Below, piece by piece: positions 52,613-62,906 of a stretch of 64,000 nucleotides of DNA. Both the position numbers and the translations under genes were made by a program. Position 1 is the first letter of the stretch. Every line of letters starts with the position of its first letter. Under the pieces are notes generated by a model that was given only the letters and a program-made list of their open reading frames with translations, had not been told where the DNA came from and did no database searches. Origin of the DNA: a virus; the IMG/VR virus record IMGVR_UViG_3300032322_001011, positions 1 through 64,000 of that record, one strand, 5' to 3'.

Positions 52613-54438
52613 CAGTTAATCCTTTTCTTTTCAAGGTACGCAGGGGACAATGAAACTGATTTCCATAGTTGTTCGTCATCTGCTTGAAGACCCCTGTATG
52701 ACTTAACTATTTTCTGTGGAGCGTACAAGGTTTGACCACCACGTGTTACTTTAATGTTTATTTCAAGATCAACATTAAACTTGTCTTGGTTAAATGGTAT
52801 TGGCAAGTTAGCAATTGGGCGTTCCCATTTATAGTGCGCTTCGTAATCATCATCACTTGCCAAACCAAAATAACAAGTGTCTGAGAAAGTATTACTTACA
52901 TCATATTTTGTATGAAAGTCTTGACAACTTAATGTAAATGGAGAACTAGACGTACCCCAAGACGATAGTGATATGCCACCAGTTGCTGCTGACGGTGGAG
53001 CACCAGTTTTGTATGTCCAACTACCACCAGCACTTGTTGGAATTGTTGACCTAGAGTTTGAAGCACCATCTACGTAAGAATGCCACCAAATCTTTATTCT
53101 TCCAGAAAAAGTAATTGATAATCCACCACCAGTTTTACCTTTTGCAGTTGCTGCTTGGTAGAAGTCATGTCCTTTTTGTGAAACTTCAGAAGTGAAGTTA
53201 AAGATTTGGTCATTCTTTGCATTGTTAAAGATTGAGTCAATCAGACTTCTAGGTCCATTTTTTCCTTCTTGCCAATAAACTGTTCTAAAGAAGTTTTCCA
53301 TTCCTTGTTGGGTTTGGGCAACAATTGCTTTGTCTGCTGCTGTCTGTGTCCCAGTAACAACTGGAGCACCAGTCCCTGGGTCTGATGAAACATCCAGTGT
53401 TGACAAGAACGTATTCTTTTGGGCAAAGCCAAAGTACAGTGCTTGTATTTGCAAACCTACAAGAGCCTGAGTAGGAACCATGTTTGGTGTGAACTTGTTA
53501 AATACGACCTGGCTACTCATTACAAAGCCTTCAATCATAAACAATTCAGATATCAATAAACGAATAGGTGTTGGAACCAAGAACGCCTTGTTACCCATGT
53601 TTGAAGCAAACGGTCCTAATTTTGCAGAATTAAATCCTGACGCAGCATCAGTGCTTGATGTATCTGTTTCATCTTTTCCTGTAGTGCTATTACCAGTTGA
53701 GGTAGTTTTAAATGCTGATGCATTTTCAATTAAGTCTTGTGCTATACCTTGACCAATAATGTCATCAAGAATTTTAAGGTCTGCAAGAACACCTATTTCT
53801 GTAACCCATTTTGGATCATACTGTTCTGTAATGTAGGCTGCTGGATTAGTTGCAATGTTACTTGTTTCGTAAGAATTACCTTTAAGTAACTTCCCATCTT
53901 CCCCACGGTACATATTTGTAGCAACTTCTGCTTCACGGTTAAATAGCAATTCAATTGAGAATGTTGATTGACCAGGAATAGGTTGAGCAAGTTGGTCTGG
54001 GCTTTGGTTAAAAAAGAACTGCATGTCGTAGTTTGCTTGAACACTGCGACTAATTGTTTGTGGGTTGAATTGAAAGTTGCAACGCAAGGTGTCTAAGGTT
54101 GGAGAACCTTTGACATGGTTGTAGTACTCAGTAAGTCTACGAATATACCCACGTTTAATTCCAAGTTTTGTTGAGTCTGTATTACTGTCATTTAAGGTAG
54201 CAATACGCTCTGCTGGTGTTGGGTATATGAATGGGGGATTTTTCTTTGAATATTGTGTATCTTCAGTAGCCTGTTCTCCCCATTTGATATCACTTTTAAC
54301 ACCAGCAGAGGGTGGTGGCGATGGTGATGTGACCTTACCAGCAGCCTTAATTGCGGCAGGGCCTTTACCTTGTGCTTTTGCAGCGATGGATGCCCAACGT
54401 GCTGCTTGTGCATCAATTGCTTTTTGATTGTCAGACAT
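52612..54438 (-). CDS. tail tube initiator/baseplate-associated protein
   Basis: FQFNPQTI, LLFNR, F...MVP after tape measure. Confidence 0.65.
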   Translation of the reverse strand: MSDNQKAIDAQAARWASIAAKAQGKGPAAIKAAGKVTSPSPPPSAGVKSDIKWGEQATEDTQYSKKNPPFIYPTPAERIATLNDSNTDSTKLGIKRGYIRRLTEYYNHVKGSPTLDTLRCNFQFNPQTISRSVQANYDMQFFFNQSPDQLAQPIPGQSTFSIELLFNREAEVATNMYRGEDGKLLKGNSYETSNIATNPAAYITEQYDPKWVTEIGVLADLKILDDIIGQGIAQDLIENASAFKTTSTGNSTTGKDETDTSSTDAASGFNSAKLGPFASNMGNKAFLVPTPIRLLISELFMIEGFVMSSQVVFNKFTPNMVPTQALVGLQIQALYFGFAQKNTFLSTLDVSSDPGTGAPVVTGTQTAADKAIVAQTQQGMENFFRTVYWQEGKNGPRSLIDSIFNNAKNDQIFNFTSEVSQKGHDFYQAATAKGKTGGGLSITFSGRIKIWWHSYVDGASNSRSTIPTSAGGSWTYKTGAPPSAATGGISLSSWGTSSSPFTLSCQDFHTKYDVSNTFSDTCYFGLASDDDYEAHYKWERPIANLPIPFNQDKFNVDLEINIKVTRGGQTLYAPQKIVKSYRGLQADDEQLWKSVSLSPAYLEKKRIN

Positions 54439-57173
54439 TAGTTAGTCCTCATTGCTTGTTTTTTAAGTTCCGTTTCAACCATCTTGATGATGTATTCAGA
54501 CAACTTACGTGCATCCCTTTCCGAACCACCACCACCAGTTAAGTTAATTACTGGGGCAATACTTATGTGGGTATCTCCACCTACTGCAACACTGGTTGAA
54601 CCAGAACGAGTTGGTGCTCCCATTGGCATAGGGTCGCCTTTATCCACACCAGCAGATTTTGCGGCAGCCTGTGCTCGTGGCATCCAATCACCAGTTTTTG
54701 CTAAAGCATCACCCTTAATACCCCAAGGCGCTAGGTTCTTACTAACACCACCACTAAGAATCCATGCTGCTTTTACGTTTGTTTCTGGGTCAAACAAATC
54801 TTCGTATTTGCTAATATTAAATTTCTTTAGACGATCAGGTCCAAGTTTTCCAAGCATGTTGATTTGGAAAAGACCATATGAGTTATCTGGTGGTTTTCCG
54901 TTGTGTGCTCTTGGCTTCCAATTGGATTCACGACCAGCAATAGCAAGCATGTTTACTAGATGATCGCCACGGAACCCTCTCTTATACAAGAGTTTTGCAA
55001 GGTCTTCTCCCTTCATTGATCCAGCAGAAAGGGTATAACTTGTTTGGTTAGTTTGTAATGTTGAATCAACATTAGTATTCCCAGAATACTTTGAGTACTT
55101 AGTACTAACACTAGTTACTTGGTTTCTGCTTTGGAGAACACTCATTTGCTCAACAGTACCAAGCCCTTGATATGCATCATACGTTGTTGGCTTGTTTGAA
55201 ACGCTTTGTGATTGGTATTTATCTCCAACAACATCAGAACCAATTGGTTGTCCTGTAGCGTTATCTATTGCTACAGCACCACGAGAAGAACCAGCAGGCA
55301 TACCCCATTGAGCGCCACCTTTTTCATAATCAAATCGTGAGTTAGGAAGTTCTGCTGGTTGTACGTGCCAAGGTTCACCGTTTACACCAGCAAATGTTTT
55401 AAGACCGTATCTTCCAGCATTTTCTTGTACCCAATCAAGATCACCTACAAGGTCAGCAGCAAGACCAATTTCGTGCATAGAGTGTCCTGGGGGAGTTGCA
55501 GGAGCACCAGATACACGCTTCCAGTTTTCACCTTCCCAATTAACTTCACCGTTAGGGTCTTTCTTGTATCGTGACAAGAACAATTGACGCTGTTCTGATT
55601 CAGAACGAGAACCTTGACCAATACCTACGTTTGGGTTGTCTGCGATCATTTGGAACAAACGATCCCTAAACTTAGAATTCAAACCACGTACAGTACTGCT
55701 ATTTTGCATTTGGCTAAACGAGATTCGGCTCTTTCCATATGTTGGAACCATCGTGTCACCAGCAGGCATGCTTCCGTCACCCATAGCCAGTTGTCCACCA
55801 AGCATCATTAGTGGGACACCAAATGCTGCGCCAGCACCAGTCATTGAAGCAATACCACCACCAAGCATCATGGCAGCGCCAAGTCCTTTTCGTGCTAGTC
55901 CACCTTTAGTACTAATTCCAACACCAATTATTCCACGGAGTTTGTGTTCAAAATCTGCCAATGCTTTTGTTGTTGCTTGAATACCCTTTTCCATTTTGGC
56001 GTAGTTATCAGCCTGATCTTTATAAAACTGCTCATCACGCTTATCTTTAACCATTGTGGTCTTCTCTGCTTGAGTAGCAAAGTTATCCTCAATGCCCATC
56101 AACTTACGTTGGGCGGCGCTTGATGGGTCGTAATCACCTTTTCCACCCTTACTGCGGTAGGTGTTATTTCCTTCAGCATAATCAAATACCAAGTTTTGAA
56201 TGTCTTCACTAACACCCATTGCAGACAAACGAGTACGGGTTACCGAACCACTTTGCCTTGCGCCTTTAACTAACGTAGGGTTAGAAAGCAGACCAGAGTT
56301 TCTTGCAATGTCTTTTACAACTTGGTCTATTGAACGCTGTTTGCCACCAGGCCCATAAAGACCAGTACCAAGCATCATGGTCATTCGGTTGTTGGTTTGT
56401 GCAGAGCCAAGGTTTTGAGCCATACCTGCAATGTCACCTGTGCTTAGTGAGAACCCAGACAACGCACGAAGACCTTCAACTCCAGCCACGTTTTGTTGGG
56501 CGTTAATACCAGTTTGTGCTTGCAACGCAAGTAGTGTGTTAATTCCACCTTCACCAAGCATTCTTCCAGTCATTGGTTGGCGAACTTGGGATTGGTATTG
56601 CTGTTGACTAATACCCATCACTTGCTGATAATAAACACCTAACTTGTCAGCACTCTGTGCTTTTGCATAACCAGAGTTGGCACGAGTATCCATTGCTTGT
56701 AGTGCTGTTGATAGTATTTGGGTTAGCCCAGCAAATGCTCCAGAACCACGCACTGGTCCATCATCTACTCCACCGTATCCACCACCACTAGGGGCTGTTG
56801 GAGATGGAAGTACAAACGTATTTCGTGGAGCATAAATTTGTGGAGCAGAGATTGCGTTTGCGCTGGTGTTGTTTAGAAATGGGTTTACAGCAGCACTGTA
56901 TTGAGTCTTACCCCCACCAGCAGCAGCACCACCTGAAAGGTTTGAAAGGTTTAGTCCTGCAATCTTGGCAAGTGTTCTGTAAGTAGTATCTAACTTAGTG
57001 TTAATTGAAGAAAGGTTTTGATTCAAATACATAAAAGACGATTTGATATCTTTTACGTTTGTAGACATTTCCTTTAAAGATTGGTTGTCTATTTTAAAGC
57101 GAGCACGAATATCGGCAGCAGCGCTGCCTCGTGGGATTGACCCTCGCCCTCCAGTTAAATCATTTTCAGCCAT
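54438..57173 (-). CDS. tape measure protein with M15 peptidase and lytic transglycosylase domains
   Basis: R....Q..L, A.PG.SMHE.GLA.D, EPWH; IAGRES, SYGLFQIN. Confidence 0.88.
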   Translation of the reverse strand: MAENDLTGGRGSIPRGSAAADIRARFKIDNQSLKEMSTNVKDIKSSFMYLNQNLSSINTKLDTTYRTLAKIAGLNLSNLSGGAAAGGGKTQYSAAVNPFLNNTSANAISAPQIYAPRNTFVLPSPTAPSGGGYGGVDDGPVRGSGAFAGLTQILSTALQAMDTRANSGYAKAQSADKLGVYYQQVMGISQQQYQSQVRQPMTGRMLGEGGINTLLALQAQTGINAQQNVAGVEGLRALSGFSLSTGDIAGMAQNLGSAQTNNRMTMMLGTGLYGPGGKQRSIDQVVKDIARNSGLLSNPTLVKGARQSGSVTRTRLSAMGVSEDIQNLVFDYAEGNNTYRSKGGKGDYDPSSAAQRKLMGIEDNFATQAEKTTMVKDKRDEQFYKDQADNYAKMEKGIQATTKALADFEHKLRGIIGVGISTKGGLARKGLGAAMMLGGGIASMTGAGAAFGVPLMMLGGQLAMGDGSMPAGDTMVPTYGKSRISFSQMQNSSTVRGLNSKFRDRLFQMIADNPNVGIGQGSRSESEQRQLFLSRYKKDPNGEVNWEGENWKRVSGAPATPPGHSMHEIGLAADLVGDLDWVQENAGRYGLKTFAGVNGEPWHVQPAELPNSRFDYEKGGAQWGMPAGSSRGAVAIDNATGQPIGSDVVGDKYQSQSVSNKPTTYDAYQGLGTVEQMSVLQSRNQVTSVSTKYSKYSGNTNVDSTLQTNQTSYTLSAGSMKGEDLAKLLYKRGFRGDHLVNMLAIAGRESNWKPRAHNGKPPDNSYGLFQINMLGKLGPDRLKKFNISKYEDLFDPETNVKAAWILSGGVSKNLAPWGIKGDALAKTGDWMPRAQAAAKSAGVDKGDPMPMGAPTRSGSTSVAVGGDTHISIAPVINLTGGGGSERDARKLSEYIIKMVETELKKQAMRTN

Positions 57174-57316
57174 TACGACTCCTGTTTACGCCATCTACTC
57201 ATTGCTGACCAGTAAGTTCTTTGTCTTACAGTCATCGTTTTTATATCGTTGAGCGAGAAGCCCTTGTAGACAGATGCAATTGAATCGTATTCCCAATATG
57301 TTACTACTAAATTAGC
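57173..57316 (-). CDS. tail assembly chaperone extension (frameshift-dependent)
   Basis: Open frame ...YWEYDSIASVYKGFSLNDIKTMTVRQRTYW... ending in TAATG with tape measure; no upstream ATG. Confidence 0.6.
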   Translation of the reverse strand, partial: ANLVVTYWEYDSIASVYKGFSLNDIKTMTVRQRTYWSAMSRWRKQES

Positions 57317-58106
57317 CGAATAGAAGTGAGGCCCAGTTGAGCATTACAGGGAATTGCTTTTCGCAATGGGCGCAGTGGGCTTCCACCTCCTTGATTTCTG
57401 GGCCAGGTTGTGCTTCTAATAGGGCTTCAATAATCTTTGCTCGGTCCTTCATACCTAACTTTTTTGCCCAAGCCAATGGGTTTGCTGGCTTGTTACCGTC
57501 TTCCCAAACGGCACAACGGGAAATAAGAATGGTATTTTGCTCAGGTACTGTCTTAGCCTTAACGCTTACATATTGTGTATCTGCACCAGAAACCAATCGG
57601 AAACTTTGTGATGTCCCATCACGCATAACAATTGTTACACCGTCATGCGTTGAATTTGATCCTTGTTTAATTGGGAATTCAGAGACATTGATATGGACAT
57701 CGTTTGACTTTTCACAGTGTGGGCAAAACATTTGATACTCACGGTTTTCACCGTACGTTGCTTTCACCGTAGCCAAGAACAGCATGTCTCGGTCACCAAT
57801 AATTAGGTTGTCAATAACCGATGGGTTATCTTCAATTTTGATGTTTCCGATACTGGCAACACTGCGCTTAAGCAATGCTGACATGTACTTAGCGTACAAG
57901 TAGTCATCATCGGACTCCATTGAAGCAAGGGCTTCCTCGTCTTCACCAGTAAGTTCTTTTACTGTAGCGAGTGTTTCCCACTCCTTAGTTTCAGGGTTTT
58001 GAACACCCCTGAACAACTCAATGGTCGTTTCAGGGGCGTTCTCAATCCGTGGAACTGGGTCCGTCATTGCGGCGTTTACTGCTGCTGCTTCCGATTGTGT
58101 AGACAT
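57312..58106 (-). CDS. tail assembly chaperone (T4 gp26/baseplate-hub-assembly-like)
   Basis: ELTGEDEE, GDRD.L, CPHC/CAHC; between tube and tape measure. Confidence 0.8.
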   Translation of the reverse strand: MSTQSEAAAVNAAMTDPVPRIENAPETTIELFRGVQNPETKEWETLATVKELTGEDEEALASMESDDDYLYAKYMSALLKRSVASIGNIKIEDNPSVIDNLIIGDRDMLFLATVKATYGENREYQMFCPHCEKSNDVHINVSEFPIKQGSNSTHDGVTIVMRDGTSQSFRLVSGADTQYVSVKAKTVPEQNTILISRCAVWEDGNKPANPLAWAKKLGMKDRAKIIEALLEAQPGPEIKEVEAHCAHCEKQFPVMLNWASLLFG

Positions 58107-58134
58107 TTATTCTCCTAGTTATTAAATATGTTAT

Positions 58135-58779
58135 TTAGTTATATGCGTCAATATTTGCAATCTCATCTTGCTTCCATGCAACATGGAAACCTTCGTGGTG
58201 CATAACCATTGACTGTACCATGATTCCGTTGTCACCAGCGTTGAGATCGCTAAGTGCATACGTTCCAGGCCATGCGTTGAACAATTTGTAAGCCAACTTT
58301 ACGTTTCCTGGCTTAATGTTTACTGAGCCACCATCGCCACTGTCGTACGAGTAGTTGGTGTCTCCACCTTGTACTTGACCAGTAAATGGGTGATCGTAAA
58401 TCTTTACAATGATGTTGCAACGGTAATTAGCGTCATCACCAATTGATCCGCCATCAAATCCACCTACACCACCGCTAACCCATGCATGCATGAACTTTTG
58501 CCATTTCCAAAGAGCATCTTGGTTAGCAAACGCACCTCGTGCAAATGATACTGGTGGGAAGTCAGTAAGACCGATCATCTTGTGGGTGTGTGTATTCATA
58601 CCACCCTCACGGTAAGGGATTACTTCGTTGTTAACGGCAAGACCGCCCATTGAAGCGAATCCTAGGTCACCAATGCCAGTTACCAACTGCTTGAGTCGGT
58701 CATCCAACGGAACAAAGTTAACAGTGAACTTAAAGTTACGTAGTGGATCAGTGCGTGTTGTTTTTGCTTGTAATGCCAT
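58135..58779 (-). CDS. tail tube protein (gp19-like)
   Basis: DPLRNFKF, YREGG, RG, NAWP, HEG. Confidence 0.9.
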   Translation of the reverse strand: MALQAKTTRTDPLRNFKFTVNFVPLDDRLKQLVTGIGDLGFASMGGLAVNNEVIPYREGGMNTHTHKMIGLTDFPPVSFARGAFANQDALWKWQKFMHAWVSGGVGGFDGGSIGDDANYRCNIIVKIYDHPFTGQVQGGDTNYSYDSGDGGSVNIKPGNVKLAYKLFNAWPGTYALSDLNAGDNGIMVQSMVMHHEGFHVAWKQDEIANIDAYN

Positions 58780-58787
58780 GATTTCTC

Positions 58788-60335
58788 CTAGGCGTTAGTA
58801 GTTACGGATGAACCACCAGTCCACTGACTGATAGTAATTACAATGAATTCAGCAGGAGACTGCAAAGCGACTCCGATAGTTACGTTTACTTTTCCGTCTT
58901 CAATATCTGCTTGCGTGTTGTTTGTTGAGTTACAGATTACGTAGAATGCTTCGCTAGTCGTCTTACCTTTAAGACCCCCAGTTCCCCAGAAGGTGGTAAG
59001 AAGAGCCGAAACACGAACAGTGATGTCTGACCACAAACGCTGATCGTTTGGCTCAAACAAAGCAAACTGTGTCTTAGCCTTAACAGCATCCTTAAGGTAG
59101 TTCAACGAACGGCGAACCGTGATGTACTTTTCAGAAGTGTTACGGGCAAGTGTACGTGAACCATTGATGATTACACCAACACCAGGTACTACGTTAAACA
59201 AGTTAATTTGACTTTCCTTGTAAACAGTTCCTTGCTGAGTCTCGGTGAGGTTTCCAACAAGACCGTATACGTTACGGATGTCCAATGAGTAACCAGCAGG
59301 TGCTTTTGAAACACCACGGGCGATCTCTGAGCGAACCATTGCACCAACTACTGCACCACCAGCATAGGTGTTGCGGATTGCAGCAGCACCAGTCTTCTTA
59401 GGATCAAACATCTTAAGTGCTGGTCCGTAAACTGCTGCGTAACTTGACTTGGTGTATCCCGATACAGCACTCTGCAATTGGTCTGCTGTTGTAGCGGTAA
59501 GTGGGGTGTCAACAATAAGCATTGAGTTTCCACGTGTTTGCATTACCGTAATGGCATTGTTAATAATTGTTGATGAGGTTTGACCCACCAAGTTAAACAA
59601 TAGTCCAGATGTAATTGTTTCATGAGACTCAACAGCGTTTTCCCAGTCAGTTGCGTCAATTGCGCCTCCACCCTCAGAACCGTTTGTAAAGGATGTTGTT
59701 GCAACATAGTCGTTAGCAGCAATCCCAGTTACGGTAAGGGCGGCTCCAGCAGCAACAGTTGCTACTGTTGATGCACTTACGTATGATGAGTAAAGATCAA
59801 GAACTGTATCAATGTACCGAACATTTTCTGGATCAACGGACAGGTTGTTCCAGCGTTCTACTTCAACACTGTTCAACTTTACAGTAAGGGTAAACAACGA
59901 ATCCTTGGTGACCTTTGGGGTTGTTTCTGGGGTAGTTAATGTTTCTGGATCAAAGGTGTAATCAACAGTTAGGTCGTTACCCCATGAACCTGCTGATTTA
60001 GTTACCAACAGAACAAGGTTTCCAAGACTTCCACCAGTTGGCGTGGCAGTCAATGCACTCTGTGCAATTGTTGCGGTTGCGTCAATAACACGAGTAACGT
60101 ATGCAGTTTGACCACCGTTAGCGAAGTAGTGGTAAACGGCGTAACCTAGATCATAGGCATTGCTCAAATCACCGAACAAACTTGTGTACTGGTTCCATGA
60201 CGTAATCAGTGTTGGGGTGGTCGGACCACGGTCTGCAAGACCAACAAATGCAGCAGCAGTTGGTCCGTTGGTTGTTTGAATGTTAGTTGCAAACGTACCT
60301 TCCTGTACGTATACTCCTGGGCGTTCGTATGCCAT
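58788..60335 (-). CDS. contractile tail sheath protein
   Basis: RPGVYVQE, YFANGG, KAPAG, VRR, FEPND, PAEFI. Confidence 0.95.
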   Translation of the reverse strand: MAYERPGVYVQEGTFATNIQTTNGPTAAAFVGLADRGPTTPTLITSWNQYTSLFGDLSNAYDLGYAVYHYFANGGQTAYVTRVIDATATIAQSALTATPTGGSLGNLVLLVTKSAGSWGNDLTVDYTFDPETLTTPETTPKVTKDSLFTLTVKLNSVEVERWNNLSVDPENVRYIDTVLDLYSSYVSASTVATVAAGAALTVTGIAANDYVATTSFTNGSEGGGAIDATDWENAVESHETITSGLLFNLVGQTSSTIINNAITVMQTRGNSMLIVDTPLTATTADQLQSAVSGYTKSSYAAVYGPALKMFDPKKTGAAAIRNTYAGGAVVGAMVRSEIARGVSKAPAGYSLDIRNVYGLVGNLTETQQGTVYKESQINLFNVVPGVGVIINGSRTLARNTSEKYITVRRSLNYLKDAVKAKTQFALFEPNDQRLWSDITVRVSALLTTFWGTGGLKGKTTSEAFYVICNSTNNTQADIEDGKVNVTIGVALQSPAEFIVITISQWTGGSSVTTNA

Positions 60336-60370
60336 TATTGCTCCTAAAAGTTAGAGGGAATTAAAAAAAC

Positions 60371-61057
60371 TTACGGGTTAAAAACATAGGTCTGAGGGAT
60401 AATTGTACTACTAATTTCTTGCACGGATTGAGTTCCTTGCAGTTGATCAAGCGTTAGATGCGTGATCTCTGCTGACATCTTGAGAGTTAATACCTTACGG
60501 AATATGCGCTTTCGGTAACCCGACTCCATATCCAGTAAGTCTGCGTTGGTCCAGTCAAGTAGGTCAAAACGGCGAACCGTATTGTCTGCTTGTATTTGGA
60601 TAGAGTTCCAACGAAATGGGGCAACCCTAGACATGATCCCAGCAGATAACTGACGGTCATGTAGGGCAGAACGTGAATAAATAGACACCTGGTAGAGTAA
60701 GTCTACGGGGATAAAATCATCTGCTATAACAAACTGCCCAGCCGATGCAGAGGTAGCACTTGCTGAAATGTGATCAGCCTCGCTAGGCCAGTAGTCAAAG
60801 AATGCTGGGTGGTCTACGAACATGTCGCTTTCTGTGGTGTCTGCGTAGATAAGGACATCAGAATGCTGACGCTCGGTAGCGTGAAGAACGTCAATAAGTT
60901 CAATAGTGACAAATGGATATTCTCGCTCTGTTTCCCCTTCTGGGTATCGGAAGAAAACCTTTACTGGGCGGCGAGCATTACGATCATCGGTTACGTATAA
61001 GCCACTAAAACGAAGTTTAATAGCCTCGTCTTCGGCAAGGAGAAAACCAGTTCTCAT
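60371..61057 (-). CDS. tail terminator/completion protein
   Basis: V.F..PE.E...YPF.TI; immediately upstream of sheath. Confidence 0.65.
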   Translation of the reverse strand: MRTGFLLAEDEAIKLRFSGLYVTDDRNARRPVKVFFRYPEGETEREYPFVTIELIDVLHATERQHSDVLIYADTTESDMFVDHPAFFDYWPSEADHISASATSASAGQFVIADDFIPVDLLYQVSIYSRSALHDRQLSAGIMSRVAPFRWNSIQIQADNTVRRFDLLDWTNADLLDMESGYRKRIFRKVLTLKMSAEITHLTLDQLQGTQSVQEISSTIIPQTYVFNP

Positions 61058-61476
61058 ATTCCGCCGTTTGTTCCTGTGAGTTTATCTAGGTCTTTGTTGA
61101 TGCGCTTGGTCAAACGGGCAGCACCTTGAATGCATTGTTTACGCAGTATTGACCTAGCAGGGGGGCCAAACTCTAAAGCCGTGGCTTTTTGTCTAGATTC
61201 TCCAGTTACCTTATAGGAAAAGGTTTTATCTGATTTGTTGTAAGTGATATTAAAGTCATTTACTAATTCAGCATACTGGGCTTCATCGGTAATCAAGGCT
61301 TCTTTGGCTACCTTGACTTCAGCCTCAACTGCTCGGTTTACAATCTCGCCTAAGTATTCTTCTAGATTTAGCATTAAATCACCGTAAAAAGCAATGGGTG
61401 AAGCGGTTCCCTGAACGTACTTATGCGTAGCAGAACTAAGGTTAATCTTGGTTTTAGGTTTGCCAGCCATAGGCAC
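61054..61476 (-). CDS. neck/tail completion protein
   Basis: LEFG motif; position. Confidence 0.5.
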   Translation of the reverse strand: MPMAGKPKTKINLSSATHKYVQGTASPIAFYGDLMLNLEEYLGEIVNRAVEAEVKVAKEALITDEAQYAELVNDFNITYNKSDKTFSYKVTGESRQKATALEFGPPARSILRKQCIQGAARLTKRINKDLDKLTGTNGGI

Positions 61477-61520
61477 TCCTTAGTTCTAGGCGATGTTTGC
61501 ATGCCGCACGGCATGCTTTA

Positions 61521-62054
61521 TTAGTTTACCAGGAATGTAGGGAGTGTTGAAGGCCAAGGAAGATCATTGACTGACATCTCCTCTGGACCTGGATCAAAAG
61601 GCATTTCTTGATCAATATAAACTTCAATGCCTTCAACAACGATTAGTACATCGTCAGTTGCACGACCACGAACTCGGTACATTGACACTGCGTAATAACG
61701 ACCATCATAAAAGAACATGTCATTTAAATGGTTTTGGTATTCAAATGGATTAGTTAGACCAGCATCACGAGCATCTTGAATAGACAATACGGCGTTTACA
61801 ATTTGAACAGGCTGGCGACCTTCAGGGATTGCTCTCTTGGTGTCTTCAGTTTCTGTAACCATAAGTACAGGAAGGGTTATCCCTTTTGCGTAAGTCTTTC
61901 CACCTGCCCCAGCATTTCCTTCGTCATAGATATCGTCAATAGTGCTTCCAGATTCAAAGTCAATAAACTCAAACCAGGTGATGTGCTCACCTACATGGCG
62001 GTGGTATTGCCGATAATGCTTTCGTATTTGCCCAAGTTCTCTACGGGAGTCCAT
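61521..62054 (-). CDS. head-closure (stopper)-like protein
   Basis: DDIYDEG, D.F.YDGR.Y.V; position. Confidence 0.55.
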   Translation of the reverse strand: MDSRRELGQIRKHYRQYHRHVGEHITWFEFIDFESGSTIDDIYDEGNAGAGGKTYAKGITLPVLMVTETEDTKRAIPEGRQPVQIVNAVLSIQDARDAGLTNPFEYQNHLNDMFFYDGRYYAVSMYRVRGRATDDVLIVVEGIEVYIDQEMPFDPGPEEMSVNDLPWPSTLPTFLVN

Positions 62055-62057
62055 GAG

Positions 62058-62894
62058 TTACCAGCCAACGACTGCTGCGGTTGAATTCCCCTGTGGAGGT
62101 TCTAGTTCAAGGTATACGTTTTCACGCATAGGTTCTTGAGTATCTTCAATAACAATATCTCCATGATTAATTTCAGGCCATTGACGCTCAAGTGGGTTCA
62201 TGTCGCCAAGTTCACGAGCACGGTAGATAGGTACAAGGTATCCAGTTGTGCGAGATACACGGCGAAGATTCATGATCTCAATACGCTCAAGACCGATGTT
62301 TAGAGCACGAGCCTGCTGCTGATAGTTACGGGTCCAATAATCCAACATGGATTGAACCATTCGGAAACGCTGGCTGGCAGGGATATGCACGGACTCTGAA
62401 GTCGTTACGTCAATGTCACGGCTGTATTCAGTAAGCAAACCCCATAAGGTTTCAACCACAGTAGCCATTCCAATGGTGTCATAAATAATTGGCGTAAAGT
62501 TCTCTAAGTGAACATCAATGTTGTAGGTGTGCTGCTCAATAGCATGTGCAGCAAAATACTCAAGGTCTTTAGGGAGTACCCATTCAAAGTAATACCCTTC
62601 AACCATTACCTTTGTATTTGCTGGAAGTGAGCGGTTAAAACGAAGAATACCGTTACGCTCATCTAACGAATAATAGGTTGATGCACTAGTATTTGAGGTA
62701 ACTTCTACAGGGTCATTTCCTGATGTATATGTAGCCACCCATAGGCTTTCAGCCTGGATGTTTGGGCTACCTAGTTCGTAAGTACGCCCAATGGCATCAA
62801 AAGATACTTGGAAGAATTTAGGGTAATCACGAAGGAACGTACGAGCAATTCTCGTAATCTTATCCATTGTCTCTTGGGTGTAGTTAGCGTACAT
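62058..62894 (-). CDS. head-tail adaptor-like protein
   Basis: DIDV...E.V.IPASQRF, LRRVSRTT.YLVP; position. Confidence 0.6.
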   Translation of the reverse strand: MYANYTQETMDKITRIARTFLRDYPKFFQVSFDAIGRTYELGSPNIQAESLWVATYTSGNDPVEVTSNTSASTYYSLDERNGILRFNRSLPANTKVMVEGYYFEWVLPKDLEYFAAHAIEQHTYNIDVHLENFTPIIYDTIGMATVVETLWGLLTEYSRDIDVTTSESVHIPASQRFRMVQSMLDYWTRNYQQQARALNIGLERIEIMNLRRVSRTTGYLVPIYRARELGDMNPLERQWPEINHGDIVIEDTQEPMRENVYLELEPPQGNSTAAVVGW

Positions 62895-62906
62895 AGATAA
62901 AGTTTA

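Noticed and set aside
47136-60335. Extracellular contractile injection system or tailocin
   Set aside because: Embedded among head-tail joining and full phage replication genes, so it is a phage tail
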